64,000 nucleotides of DNA from Vicugna vicugna (Eukaryota): NCBI GenBank assembly GCA_013265495.1, contig MU057701.1, positions 496,001 through 560,000 on the forward strand, in the 5' to 3' direction. Shown here one piece after another: positions 43,565-57,800 of this stretch; the first letter of the stretch is position 1, and the number at the start of each line of letters is the position of its first letter. A program made the translations under genes and the position numbers. The notes under the pieces were generated by a model that was not told the DNA's origin, did not search any database, and saw nothing but the letters and a program-made list of their open reading frames with translations.

Positions 43565-43964
43565 CTCTATTTTGTTTTTAATTTTAATTTTTAATACAAT
43601 TTTAAAGGTTACTTTCCACTTACAGTTATTACAAAATATTGGCTCCATTCCCCATGTTATACAGTAAAATACATCCTTGAGCCTGTCTTGCACCCCACAG
43701 TTTGTATCTCCCGCTCTCCCACACCTATATTGCCCACCCCTACCCCTAGCACTGGTAATCACTAGCTTGTTCTCTATATCTGTGAGTCTGTTGCTTTCTT
43801 GTTATATTTATTAGTTTATTGCATTTTTTAGATTCCACATGTAAGTGATATTATACAGTATTTGTCTGTCTTTGTCTGACTTATTTCACTTAACATAATG
43901 CCCTCCAAGTCCATCCATGTTGCTGCAAATGGCAAATTTTGCTCTTTTTTACGGCTGCATAGCA
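43565..43964 (-). mobile_element. Younger lineage L1 3' end, 5'-truncated
   Basis: TAGATTCCACATGTAAGTGATA...CCATGTTGCTGCAAATGGCA; TSD TTTCAATACCT at 43554-43564 and 43965-43975. Confidence 0.85.
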
Positions 43965-44693
43965 TTTCAATACCTGTCTTTTTACCTCCATCAGGGGCTG
44001 ACCACATGACCTACAAGCCCACTTGGCAAGTGTAAAGGACAGTGATAACTGGCCATCTGTGGATGCTGCATGAATACCTGGTAATCATGCATTCCCTGAG
44101 CTGTACACGAAATGACACTGTCTTGCACTTTTAAATGCCTCTACTTTAGAAGGACCATCTAGTACAATATTCATTTTGGAGTCTCCACTTTACAAATGGC
44201 CTGTGGGAAGGACTCCTGAGGTGTCCAGAGGATCAGAGTTTGTCTTGTAGGAACGTTATGTCGTAGTAACAAATGCTTAAGGATTAGTTTATTTCCAGCC
44301 CTGCAGAGGCTATAAATTGCTTCCTACAATTTTATTCTCCAATACCGGGATGTTTATGTTGCTATGGTGGTGTGTCTCTCGCTTGAGTGTCAAGATTGCC
44401 ATTGGAAATAGATAGGCCAAAATAACAGCTTAACAGGTGGCTGTGCTTTGTGATGCTGTTTGTAAAACTATTTTATGAAGTCCAGTGTAAGTAAATCACT
44501 CAACTGTGCCCTTTACCCTATTTTGTATTGTAGCACATTCTTTTTTTTTTTCTTAACACATTCCTCCCCTTTCCATTTTATATATAGGCTTTTCCCCTTT
44601 TTCAAGCAGCACCACGCTGATTTCCTATAGTAACACAAGGAAAGAGTTGAGCTCATTTTATTTAGCAGTGGATGTCCTTTCCATATTTTATGT

Positions 44694-44926
44694 AATTGGA
44701 ACTCTCCTCCTAAAAATAGCCCTTCTTTTTTTAATGTGATTCTTTTTATAGCTGATGTGCTCTTTATTTAAATAAACCTCTTTTAAATATGTCATTTACA
44801 TATACATGTAAATTGGAACTCTCCTCCTAAAAATAGCCCTTCTTTTTTAATGTGATTCTTTTTATAGCTGATGTGCTCTTTATTTAAATAAACCTCTTTT
44901 AAATATGTCATTTACATATACATGTA
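44694..44926. repeat. Tandem duplication, 117 + 116 bp
   Basis: 44694-44810 and 44811-44926 are identical except for one T in a homopolymer run. Confidence 0.95.
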
Positions 44927-47900
44927 ATAACACCCATATATTTCCCTGTAAGGTATAATCCTTAGTGAACGTGGTCGTAGAAATTGTTTACACTGACCTG
45001 TCATTAAGCTCTCACCTGTCATTTATGATCACTTTTTCTTTTGAGATAAAATTATAGAGAGAACCTGGGTGTTGAAACAGTTCAGCTTCCTACCCACTGT
45101 AAGTGTCCATTCTATAATAATCTTGCATGATGATCATCTTGCCTTTTAGCTTAAATACAAGCATGGCAGGGTGCTTGCTCTTCTGTGATAGGACCTCTTC
45201 AGTTGTCTACCTCACTGTGTTAGAAGACGCTTTCTTCTGTTGAGTTAATGTCTGTCTCCATAGGACTTTCATGGTCGTTTCTTTTCCCCCTCTAGTGACA
45301 CAAACATAGGATACTTGCACATGCTGGCTCTTTAAATATTTAAAGAAGACTGTAATGTTGTCCTTTGGTTTTCTCTTCTTCTGGCTTCATATCCAAAATT
45401 CCCTCAACGATTCACCTTAGGAAATGGTTTCCAGACTCTCTCCCCATTCCCACAGACCCCACTCTGGTACTGCCCTTTAAGAAATATTAAACACAGAGCT
45501 GTAGAGCATGGGTCAGTAAACTTTTTCTCTAAAAATCCACAGAGAAATATTTAGAATTGCAGCCTGTAAAGTTGCCACAACTCAGCTCTGACCTTGTGGC
45601 ATGAAAGCAAGCAGAGACGATATGTAAATGAAAGGACGTGGCTGTGTTCTGATAAAATTTTATTTATGGACCCTTGAATTTCATAATTTTCACATGTCAT
45701 GAAATACTATTCTTTTGATTTTTTTTCCAACCGTTTATAAACACAAAACCCATGCGTAGCTCATGGGCCGTACGAAAACAGGCTTGGGCCAGGTTTGGCC
45801 CAAGGTGTTGAAGGACCAGTGCTGAAAATGTGGGAACTGTTACTTCAGCACCAAATGTGATGTTGATGCTTTAGTATATTAGCATGATCATTTTTGGAAG
45901 CTGCATCAAACTGCTGGCTGACAAGGTGATCAGTTCACCCTGGTCTTCTCCACGTGATCTCCTGGTGAAGGTAAGTCTCTCCATCGCATGTGTACAGAGA
46001 TCTACAAAAGCAAGCAGCCTTAGAACAACAGCAACCATCAGCGGAGGACTTTGAAATGTAAATGTGATGGATGGCATCTGCTGGTTTCAAGTTTGACAAA
46101 ATGTGTTTGGTTCTTGCTTCTGTTATTTACTGTGTTAGCTGCTCCTCTTAACTTAGTGGCAGACGTGATAAGCATGCCTTTCTGTCTTCATCTGACAACC
46201 TACTGACTTTTCGGTCACATCCAGATCATAAAATGTAAGTCATAACTGCTTACCGTGGTTGCAGAAAACAGTGAGCACTTGGGTGTAGAGATGAAGCCCT
46301 CAGTTATATTAATAAGCCTAAGAATGGTTTATTCTCCACTTCCTCTTTAGGTTTTTTTTTTTCATTTTTGTAAATTTGAATTTTATTTCTATCCATTGTA
46401 CATATACATAGGTCACATCAAATATTTCCACAAGGCTTACAATAAGAATCTGCAAGCCTTTGCTCCGACTCACCCACGGCCCTCAAAAGAACACATTAGC
46501 TTCTCTAATGATAGTTTTAATTTTAAAAATAAGATTCTCTTGAGATACTTTGTGAAACAATTTAACCAAGATTATAATTTAACATGTAGAGGAGAAAACT
46601 TAGTAAATGATGTAGCCAATTTTTTTAAGTATATAAACATTTAATTAAAATTATTTATTTGTCTATGTGGACATTTATTTAGCAAGGCTTTGCTTTTTCA
46701 TGGGAGAAGGGAAAACGCAGAGGGCCGACATTCATGGAACATTCTAGTATGCCAGGACCACTGTGTTAATTGTCTCATTTCATCTTTGCAGTCACCCTCC
46801 AAGGTGGATCCTGTTATATTCCCTTTATAGATGTTGAAATTGAGGCTCAGAGGACTTGCCAAAGTCACCTAGAGAATGGCAGAGCTGGATGCTAACCCAG
46901 GGCTCTTTGGCTACAAATACCATTTGCTTTCTCCAACAACACCATTGCATCCCACAGCCAAAGGGAAGTTGACAGTCATTATCGAATTAATTGTATTAAC
47001 TTAGATAGTTATACTAAGATGGATATATGCCCCTGAATTAGTTACTGGAATGATACATTTCTGCAGTATATATCCCAGAAAGTGTGATATAAAATTAAAA
47101 TATTGACCTCTTTTGGGAAGAGTGTTTCAAGTTAAAACTACTTGCATTTGCTGATCTTTGGTAAAACTGGCATCGGATACGATTTTAGATTACCTTACAG
47201 AAGTTATGAATCTTGAGGGAAACCTTAATTGTTTTTAGAAAACGTCTATGTTTATCTAGACTGTATCTTGCAAAAAAAGGCACTTCAAGATGTCATTATG
47301 TGAATATTCAGAAACTAATAGAGCCTAAATAAGAATGTGTGATAATCTAAAGATGTCATTTAAGTTGGGACTTTAAAAATACATTCCTTCAAGTGGAAAA
47401 CAAGTCTTGTAGACAAGGCGCTCTAATTCCACCTTATCCCAAGTCCCTAAAAGCAGATTTATAAAAAGGAGATGAAACAAATTTTCAGAACAAAAATTTG
47501 AAGCTCTGAAAGTAAAATATATTTAATATTCTAATTGTGTGAATTGGATGCTTTAATAATGGCGGGTGTTGGGAATGACAAAACCTTTGCTGAAATTATT
47601 CCACGAGGAAGCTGGTTTTGGCTTTCTGGAGCTACTGGCCTCTCCTGCTTTAGATCTTGAGCTCCTTTGGAGGCCTGTGATTGTCATTGCCTCTTTTTTA
47701 ACTCCTTGTAGTTTTTTTTTTTTTTAAATGCTATTTTGCATACCGTGGTTGCTTAGTTAAGACTGATGGCCAGCTTATGGTCATTTAAATTTCAGATCCT
47801 ATTGTTGCGTTGATTGTGGTTTGAAAAACAGATAAAGCGTATTTATTGCTCTTTTAAGGTTTTTTTGGGTTTTTTTGAATTAAATAGATATGAAGTTCAT

Positions 47901-48039
47901 ACACCCATGATTCTATTGCCCAGTTTAGTATGTAGAGTGATACAAGTTCACGTAATACTCTATGTGTCCCCCACTGACCCTAGACTCTCTATACACTTGG
48001 ATCACGGAGGAGATAGTCTTCAACAGCTTGCCATTTTTT

Positions 48040-49620
48040 CTATTAACTTTTTGTGTTGAGATATAACTCACATACCATAAAATTCATTCTTTTAAGTAAG
48101 TGTACAGATTAGTGCTTTTAGTATATTCACAAGATTGTGCAAACATCACCACTATCTAATTCTAAAACATTTCCATCACTCAAAAAGAAACCCTGTACCC
48201 ATTGGTGATCACCCGACTCCCATTGCCCCGCTTTCTCCAGCCTTTGACAACCACTGATTTACTTTCTATCTTTATGGTTTTCGGTATTCTAGACATTTCA
48301 TACAAACGGAATCATACAATATATGGCTTTCTGTGTCTAGCTTTTTTCCTGTAGTATAATGTTTTCAAGATTCCTCCATGTAGCATGAATCAGTACTTCA
48401 TTCTTTTTTATGGCCGAGTAATATTTCATCGTATGGCCATATCACATTTTGTTTATACAGTCATCAGTTGATGGACATTTGGGTTGTTTACACTTTTGGG
48501 CTATTATGAATAACGCTGCTATGAATATTCGTGTACAAGCTTTTGTTTGAACACCAGTTTTTACTTTTGGGTATATACCTAGAGGGGGAATTGCTGAGTC
48601 AGACGGAAATTCTGTTTAACTTGTTGAGGAATCACCAAACTATTTTCCACAGTGTACCATTTTACATTCCTACCGGTGAGGTATGAATGTTCCAGATTCT
48701 CTACATCCCAGCCAACACTTGTTACTTTCTTTTTGATTCTAGTCATCCTAGTAAGTGTGCAGTAGGATCTTATTGTGGTTTTGATGTGCATCTCCTTAAT
48801 GAAAAGTAATGTTGAACATCTCTTTATGTGCTCATTGGCTATTTATATATCTTTGGAGAAATTTCTATTCAAGTTGTGTGTCTTTTTATTGTTGGATTGT
48901 TAGAGTTCTTTCTGTATTCTGGTTGTTGGATCCTTATCAGATAATATGATTTGCAAAAATTTTCTCGCATTCCTTGGGTTGTCTTTTCACTTCCTTGATA
49001 GTGTCCTTTGAAGTGCAAAAGTTTTAAATTTTTATTATATCCAAGGTATCTATTTTTCAGTTTGGTCTCTTGTGCTTTTGGAAATCATTCCCTAATCTAG
49101 TGTTACAAAGATGTACATTTAACATTTTCTTCTAAGAGTTTTATCATTTAAGCTCTTACATTCAGGTCTTTGGCCCATTTTGAGTAAATTTTTGGATATG
49201 ACATAGGGTAGTGGTCCAAATTCATTCTTTTGCATGTGGATATCCATTTGCCTCAGCATCATTTTTGAAAAGACTATTTTCCCCCATTGTACTGCAGAGC
49301 TTGACCTTTTTTTTACTCAACATTTTGATCCTGAGATTGATGCATACGACTATAGTTCATTCATTTTTATGGCTGTGTAGTATCCTTTATTTGAATCTGC
49401 CATAATGTATTTCATTCATTCTTTGATCTATGCGCATTGGGTTGTTTGTAGAGTTTTGCTTTTCTGAGCACTGTTGCTGGGAACGTAGTTGAATATGTTT
49501 TTTACTCCCAAGTGTGAGTGTCTTTTTAGGGACTATGCCTAGGAGTATAGAATTATGCACGTGTTTCCCAAAGTGGATGTAATATTTATGCTTCTATCAG
49601 CAATGTATAAGAGTTTACAT
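48040..49620 (-). mobile_element. L1 (L1MA/MB-type) 3' end plus ORF2 C-terminal remnant, followed by an older L1 fragment
   Basis: ORF-track peptide 48579..48791 (HIKTTIRSYCTLTRMTRIKK...VGWDVENLEH) is a degraded L1 ORF2 C-terminus; L1 3' UTR motifs are present. Confidence 0.85.
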
Positions 49621-52600
49621 CTGGGAAAACTCAGTTTTTAAACGTTCTGTTTAGTGTCTCTTTTGTAAAGTCATAACCTAAAGGAAAGAAGTAGCATTTG
49701 CAAGTGAAATTTGCCTTTTAGGCTTTTGATATTTTACTAGTAAGAGTTGTTTTAAACAAGCAAAACTTTTACTGGAACACAGTCACTCTCATTCACCAGC
49801 ATACAATCTATGACTGCTTTCATGCTACGGTGACAGAGTAGTTGTGACAGAGTCTGCATGTTCTGCAAAGCCTTTGCCAGCTTGTTCTTTTAAGTTTGCC
49901 AACCCCTCTTCTAGAGTTAGAGTCAGACAGCCAACAACAGAAAATAAGCACAAACAGGTAAGAATGATGACAGGTCATGATGAGTGCTATGCAGTAGAGA
50001 ACAGCGGGCAAAGGGGAGCCACTTTCTGCCGAGGGCTTCCCATGCATCTTAACCTACAGTTGACATTGTCATCACTGTCCAGGTGCGCGCTGCGTCTCTG
50101 CCTCCGTATCCTTGCACCTCTTCTCCATCTGTTATGCTCTTTTTTTGCCGTCCAATACTGTCAAAATCCTACCTACCCCTCAGGGGCCGGATGAGATGCC
50201 ACATTCTCATGAAGGTTTCCCATCTCCCCAGTCATCATTCATTTCTCTCCTGCCTTTCTTTATCTCATGATCCTCTCTGGGTGTCACTTCTCTTAGATTT
50301 GTTAAGTTTCCAAATAACAAGGCCCATGTTGCATTCTTCTCCAAATCCCTTGGGTCAGCAAACCCTCTTTTATAGCAAGTCTAAGCCTTTTTGTGTGACA
50401 TTTAAAGTCTTCCAGGGCAGACTTCCCCCAGCCTCATCCTCTGCCCCTCCCCTGTACCCTATGCTTTGGCCAAATCAAACTAATTATGGTCCCACAAATG
50501 TACTATGTTGTTAACTTTTAATATCTCTTCTTCTTTATTGCCTTGGCTCTCTAGAAAATCAGAGATAATGAAATGTTGGCTATTACAGTTACATGGACAT
50601 GGTTATATAATGGCATCACAGTGCCCTTAATAAATGAAATCTAAAATGTTACATCTTTTTGAACCCAGAAGCTCATTCTAACTTTATTCTCTCTGAAGAT
50701 TTATAACATTTTCTGTAGATCATATTGTACTCTTCTTTCTTCTGGATGATTTGCAAGGAACTTTGGTTGAAAATGATAAAGCATTGACTTAGATAGGGTA
50801 AATACACAATAGTCATGACTTTCAGAATGAAAATACTGACTTTCAAAAATCATGCTTGCCTGAAAAACAAGCCTGAATATTTTCTCTATTTATTATATGT
50901 GTAAAAACGCACTGCCATTCTTTGCTCCCATTTGTATGTTGAAGAACGACTGCAAAATTGAAGGCACACCAGTATCAGTGTTATGTATGTTTAATATGGA
51001 AAATAGTGTGGCTATGACTGGACTATTATGAACACAGGTACCAACTCTGAAAACTCACTTTAACTTTCCAAATAATGCTTTGTCCTTTTTTTGTACATAA
51101 ATGTGCACCCCTTTTCATAGTTCATATGCATTGCTATTTTATTTACAGTGGAGTTTTGCATAATTTCACCCACTATAAAACTGGATTAAGGTCCTATATT
51201 TTTAGCTAAGGATACATAAACTTCAGGGAAATGAGGCAGTCAAGGGGAGCTGGGGCAGATGCAGTGTATTTCTGCCTAGATTCTTTGACCCCCAGCCTCT
51301 TGTTGGCGTTCTCAGGCTACCAGGATTCTGAAGTACCTAGGTAGGGTCCTACCATATTTGAGAAGTTCACTTTTTGCTACACCACATTCCTTTTTTAGTT
51401 AACTTGACATCTGCATCACCATTCAAGAAGTATTTCTATCAGTGATCTCATTTGCCTGTAAACAGAAATTATTCCACCATCCAGGACCCTCCTGTTTCTT
51501 GAGCCCAAAGTGGTGTCGGCAAGGAAAGCAGAGGCAGAGTTAACTTGATCGACATATAATCTCTTGTTTGCCAGCCTTCCTGGTCTTCTAAAAGGCCCAT
51601 TGTTCCCCAGACCTAGAGTACTGAAAGGTCTGGATTGAATATCTTACATTTTCTATAAAATTCTGGATGTCTTCTGCTGTAGGTCATATATATTTGCAGA
51701 CTTTTAAAATAACTTCTCTTTGGCCATCCCACTGTGAGCATACCTTTGCAGCTGATGCCCTGGAAAAGTTGTCCCTGGTTTCCCACAGACATGAGGGCTC
51801 TGACTGCTTAGTCAAGGGAATGAGGCAATGTACTGGGGTATCCTCCCCTTGGGATGTGTGTGTCATAAAGCTCACCAACAGATGATTCAGGTCTTAAGGC
51901 TCCCAGGCACATAACCTCATTATCAGGAGATGATTGGGTAGTAGGTTAAGATCTACTTCTTGCCTTGCAAACTATATAAAGCCCCCAATACCTATTTTTG
52001 TTAGAGACTAAATTTCTAACTTGCTCAGTTGGTTTGTTCATGGCACTGCTCTGCTGGTCCTGGGAGAAGACAGTTTTACATTTAGATGGAATATTCTAAC
52101 TTTGCTTAGTAAGTAATGACCTAAAAATTACAATGCAGGGAAATAGAATTTCAGTGTTTCATGAAAAAATTTCCTATCACAAAAGAATCACATTTTTCAT
52201 TCTTTGGATAGGTAGGCAGATTTCTACATGTTCTGTGAAACAGTCTTGCTGGAGGGGAGGAAACAAAAAAGAAGTCAGCAAACGAGGATGGCAGGCTTTA
52301 TAGGAATTCGGCTTGATATTATCATGATGAAAATGAATGCCCTTGACCTGAGAAAACAGGCCTTACTGATGCCTAGGGTTGTGTTCAGAGATCTATCAGC
52401 CTGTGAGAACTTCATGCTACTTGAGTTTAGCTTGGCATTACAAAGAAACCAGCTCTTTCTATGCCAGCTGACCTGCTGAGGGGCAGAGGACAGCACCCTC
52501 TTTGCCCAGACTAACACTGGGTTGATAATTCAGTGAAATTAATCAAGGCTGTTGCTTGTAACCATAAGTAAACATTTGCTTTGAGGGGAGAAGGAGAAAT

Positions 52601-54805
52601 GGAGAGAAAAAGATACGGAAGCGAAAAGAAAGATGGCAATACAATAGGAGGTTAGAAAAGACAGGTAGCAGGAGCAGGGGGTGAGGGGGGAAGATAGGTA
52701 CACGTGGTGGAGAAGCAGAAGCTCTCCCAGTTGTTCAATCAGCTCCATCCCATTGGCACAGGTTCTAGAAGTTTCCTAATTCTTGGGTAGAGCATAGATA
52801 GATAGGGTGTGTTTCCTATGAAGATGGATTATTATCCAGCATACATCATCTCCAGTTGCTGTGCCAGACTCATGGATCCTTCTCCATGTCCTTACCTCAA
52901 GTCTTGTGGATTCAGCATATGCTTTAGATCGAACAGCTGCCCAGTCTTTCATACTTATTTGGGATCCTTTCTAGTTTTGAAACTAGAAAAAACTTTAAAA
53001 ATGGTATCAGGAAAATTCTAAGAAAGGGAAGACCCTCTTTTTTCTGAATTACAGAGTAAATCGACTCATTAAAAAAACAAATCTTTTGTTCCAGCAAGAA
53101 CCACTTCTGGCTACACATAAGGCACAAAGTCATCAGAGACATTTTCCTTTGTGCCTCGTGGGCTTGACATTCGTCTGTCTTTGATCCCCAAGGGAGTCGC
53201 AGGAAGGAAGTGCTTTTCAGATTGGAGCTATAAAAAGGTAGTCTGTGGAAGGGAATATATTTTATTGATCAATGATTAGTGAGTCTTTTTTATGACATGC
53301 TTGTGTTAAATAGGATTTGAAAACCTTCAAAGGAAGATTCTCAGGAATTACTAAGTCACGGCCTGTCAGCATGCCTCAGGATGCAGCCAGAATCAGTGGA
53401 GCAAAAATCTTGATGCACAGCCAAATTTCTAAATTCTTGGGGGCACACGACATGAAATCCGTTCAGTTCTCCAAGTGTGTTTTTATTTCCATTGCATTTC
53501 CTGACATTTAATATATTTTCTCCTCATTGAAGCGCTGAGTACCGTGATATTCAGGCTGATTTTCCAGTATTTCCTCTGATTACATCAGTGGTTCTCTATT
53601 TATATAGGCTGTACGTAGTGGAAAGAAGATCAGCAAAGCCTAGTATGGGTCCTAATTCATAATGAAGCTACCAAGACTCTCAAGAATAATGTGTTATCCA
53701 TGATGTTAACTGGAGCATACTCAGCTCCAGTCTCTTTCTGGGGCTCTAAAGGGTCCTGGGTGCAAAGGGGAAGATGGCACTTTGGGAGACCTCTGCACAC
53801 CTCTCCCTGGCTGGTTCCCTTCCACGTAGGCTGAATGCAGACTTTCTTCTTTATGGTGCTTGTGAGAACTTGGCAGGTAGAAAAAGAACTGTTAGTTTCT
53901 CACCCTGTGTTGGATTCACTTACACATACAGCCCGTATAAGGATGAACGTCTTACCTAGGTGCCAAAGACTTGGAAAAAGAGGACGGTAACTTTTGAAAC
54001 CCATTTCTGGTTCCAAACCCCTTTTTGTAGTGTGGTATTGGGAAAGAGCCAGATTGCGCTCCCAGATGACACCTCGTCCAGGTGATGGCTGTTCTTAAAT
54101 CACTTTGTATAAAGCCCCACTCTTTTGCTGTCTTAGGGAAGTTATCTCAGTCTTCCTGTGCCTTAGTTTCCTTACCTCCTCGAAATGTGGCAAAGATACG
54201 ATGACCATTGATCTAGCAAATATTTATAAAGTTCTAGGAATACAGTGGGGAGTGAGCCAGCAAATCCTTCCTTGATGGGGCTCACAGTCTAACGGCCAAG
54301 GCAATTAGAGACCTTCCAGAAATAATATTGAGAGGCAAATTCCACATGTAGGTGATACAAAAGGCCAACAGGAAATGACCTCAAATTGAAGTTAAGATTC
54401 ACAGTGAGAGATGAGCCCAATATCTGTGAACCCTTGGAACCCAGCAAGGTGAGCTGGTGTAACTTGCAGGAAGTATGACTCACTTGTGACTGTAATGAAG
54501 AAGGCTTAAACCAAATCATCTGAAGAAAGACTGTGCCAACATATGCTTCGAAAGACTGAAAGGAGAGGCAGAGAAAAATACGAAACAGCATGTTCCCAGG
54601 CCCGGCCCAGGAAGAGGCGCGGCCACGGACCTTCCACATTGTCCAACTACCACTGCATAGAATTGGGGGAAAAACAGTACAAAATAGAGTTTTGGAGACA
54701 GACTGAGTTTGAATCCCAATTCTGCTACTTCTTACTAGGCACTTGACCTTGGGCAAGTCACTTTAACAATCTGAGTGCTCATCTTTAAAAGTGGGCTGAG
54801 AAAGA

Positions 54806-54893
54806 CAGTGAGGTAGAATTCAGTGGTAGAGTGCATGCTTAGCATGCACAAGATCCGGGGTTCAATCTCCAGTACCTCCACTAAAAAAAAAAA
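54806..54893 (+). mobile_element. tRNA-derived SINE, short form, nested in a MIR
   Basis: 13-bp TSD GGGCTGAGAAAGA at 54793-54805 and 54894-54906. Confidence 0.88.
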
Positions 54894-57800
54894 GGGCTGA
54901 GAAAGAGTGGTCATGTGGACGTACCTCAAAACTTTCTGTGTCATATGACTTGGAAAATGTGAAGTCTTCTGTTAGGGATGAAGCCCAAATTTGAACCTGA
55001 CAGCTATATCTTTTTTTTTTTTTTAATTTAAGTATAGTAAGACAACGTGTCAGTCTCTGGTGTACAGCATAACAGCAGCTATGTCTTAATTTTGTGACTC
55101 CCAAGACTTGAGCATATGTGCCTTCTTTTTTCTTTTTAAATATGAGAAAGAATATAAGGAAGAGCTGCATTTTAATTGTATTACTGCTCAACTGCTAACT
55201 GCTTTGATAGGTTGCACAAAGTCCATTGATTCTCCGTGGAGGAGTGCTTGCTGGAGAGGATGAGTCAGGCGTCTGGGTAATTAACTTGTTCAGAAGCTTT
55301 TTGTGGCAGATTGATTTAAAAAGCCCCCAACAAGACAGAGGATTCTATTTAATTAGAAATATTTTCAGGATGGCATTGAGATTTGAGTTTGGCTTTCAAA
55401 TGATGCAGTACAAGTTGAATAAAGGTCTTTTCCCTGACAGACACAAGAATCATGATATGTTGGGGAAATACTCTATCATTTCTTAGAGCCTTGCCTGGGA
55501 GAGGTGATAATTGCCTGGAACACCCTGACCCCACTCATCAGGTATGGCTTTCTTTTCCAAAGGTGATATAGAGAGCTGGTGAAATCTGGTTACTAGTACT
55601 TTCAACCTATAGGGTGGCGTGGTTTACCTGCATTTAAATGAGATTAGTGTGCGCCCAGCTGTGTCTACGTAGGTTTCCATCCTGTGATTCTGGAATGAAG
55701 GACAAATACAAGAAAGTTGCTAAAGGAAAGAGGAGCGTTTCTGTAGCTCCTTCAAAAGCAGGCTCCAGATTGGTGTCCCCCAACCGGGACGGAACATGTG
55801 GTCTGAGTCCCACGTGCAGAGAGTCATAGTGCTCCTTCTTGGGTGTCTTCGTCCTTTTTTGGATTCAGTGCTGAGGCATCCGGATCAGTTTCATAGAAGA
55901 GTTTTTTGAGTAGATTTGTTGCAGCCCTGAAAGTCACACCTCTCTGAAACTTGCTTTAACACCAATCCAAACCCCACTGGTGTTCCTGTTTCATTTTACA
56001 GCTGTTCATATGCCCCTTAATAAATGACCTCTGTAGAGAAAGAAGAGTAACTATTTCATTGTGCAGGAAGATGACGCCCTCAGAAATGGCCCCAGTGTAT
56101 TCAAGACCTGCCACCTGTTCAGGAGGTGCATTGCTTCACCAGAAATCCTTGCTGGAGGCAAACTTTTTCTTAAAGGGCCAGCGAGTAACTATTTTTGGCT
56201 TTGCAGGCCATAAGGTCTCCAGCACATTCATTCAACTCTGCCACTGTAGCTCAAAAACAACCACAGACAGCGGATTAGAGGAATGAGGGTGACTGTGTTT
56301 CAGTTAAACTTTATTTACCAGATAGGCCGTTGGCTTGCAGTCCCTGGTTTGCTGCCACCTGCATAGATCATCATAAACTTCCTGTACCCTTGAGAGTATG
56401 AAAATCATACTCTGGAGTAGGAAACACATCTGAATGTAAATACTCGTTTGGAGTTTCCGTATTGACATATCATAATGTTTTTGTTGCAACTTACTTAATT
56501 TTTACATAAATGTTCCATGTTTATTTCCTGAAAATTGGATTCCTCTTTGGTAAGGGCGCCCACGTTTGATACGGAACACATTAATTGATGATATTTGAAT
56601 TCCTATTTACTTTGAAGTTCATTTTCACACGCCAGCGACAGTCTCAGCACCGTGTTTTGTGCTTCTCTCCTTTGTAGCAAATGCAAGTGTGAGGTCCCTA
56701 AACTTCCTTAATGCTGTGAAAGTGCCATCCAAGGCAACTCTCCGACTCCCCCGGGAGAAGTTCTCCTGGTCGCCTGGGACGAGTCCATATTAATACCTAA
56801 GGCTTTGTGGCATTGTGACACCCTGGCTACTTTGTTTTTTCCCCACACCTTACATTTACTATTAAAACCTCCTCCAGCTCCTTTCACAAGAGCGTGTAAG
56901 CCAGATTTGCCGTATTTTTAAAGTCATCCTTCATTGCACGTGAACATCGGCTGCACCCGGAGCTTGGCTCTGAACTGATTATTCTCACCAGGACCTGTTA
57001 ACACAAATTCCATCACTCTCAAGGCTAAAAATAAACCATATTTAACACTTGGAAGTAAAATTCCAAGCAAATACATAATCTGATTTGATTGAATCTTTGT
57101 TGAAAATGTTAATGGTAGGACCAAATACTTTCCTTCAGGATGGGAGATTGCATTCCTTCTGTGAGCAGGTGGCTGGAAATCAATTCCACATATCAGTTGA
57201 TGTCATCGCCGAGACTGATGGATCTCTCAGCTCCCGAAATGACACTAGTTCATCTTGTTTAAGGGCATTCCCCCCTGTGTGGCACACAGCCACTGAGGAT
57301 CAGTCTTCTTTTTAAATCATGGTGGTACGTTAGAGGACTTAGGAATCTTTGGTGTTTGTGTGTCCAGCTAGTGTCTGCATAATATAAAAACATACTGTGT
57401 CTAGGTGATATAAATATTATAGTCATTTGTGAGTGACGGAATTATAGATGATTTGAAACTTACAATTTTTCTGTTTTACAAATATTCAATAATGAATATG
57501 TTTTACTCTAATAAAACAGCACAAAGGCTTTCAAAGTATTTTGACTGTGACCCACAGTAAGAAGTACAGTTTACATCCTGACCCAGTGCAAACATGCACA
57601 AATATGTTTAACTGTGTAATTAAAACAGGTGTTTCATGAAGCATTAGTTAACCTTTTTGCTACCTGTCCTTACCTCCTGATGTTTTCTATTTTTCTGTTC
57701 TATTTTATTGAAGAAAAAGAAAAGAAAGGAAGAAGAGAATGCAGGAATCAACCAACTATAATGACTTCATGAACCCCTGGTGGGTAAATTGAAAATAACT

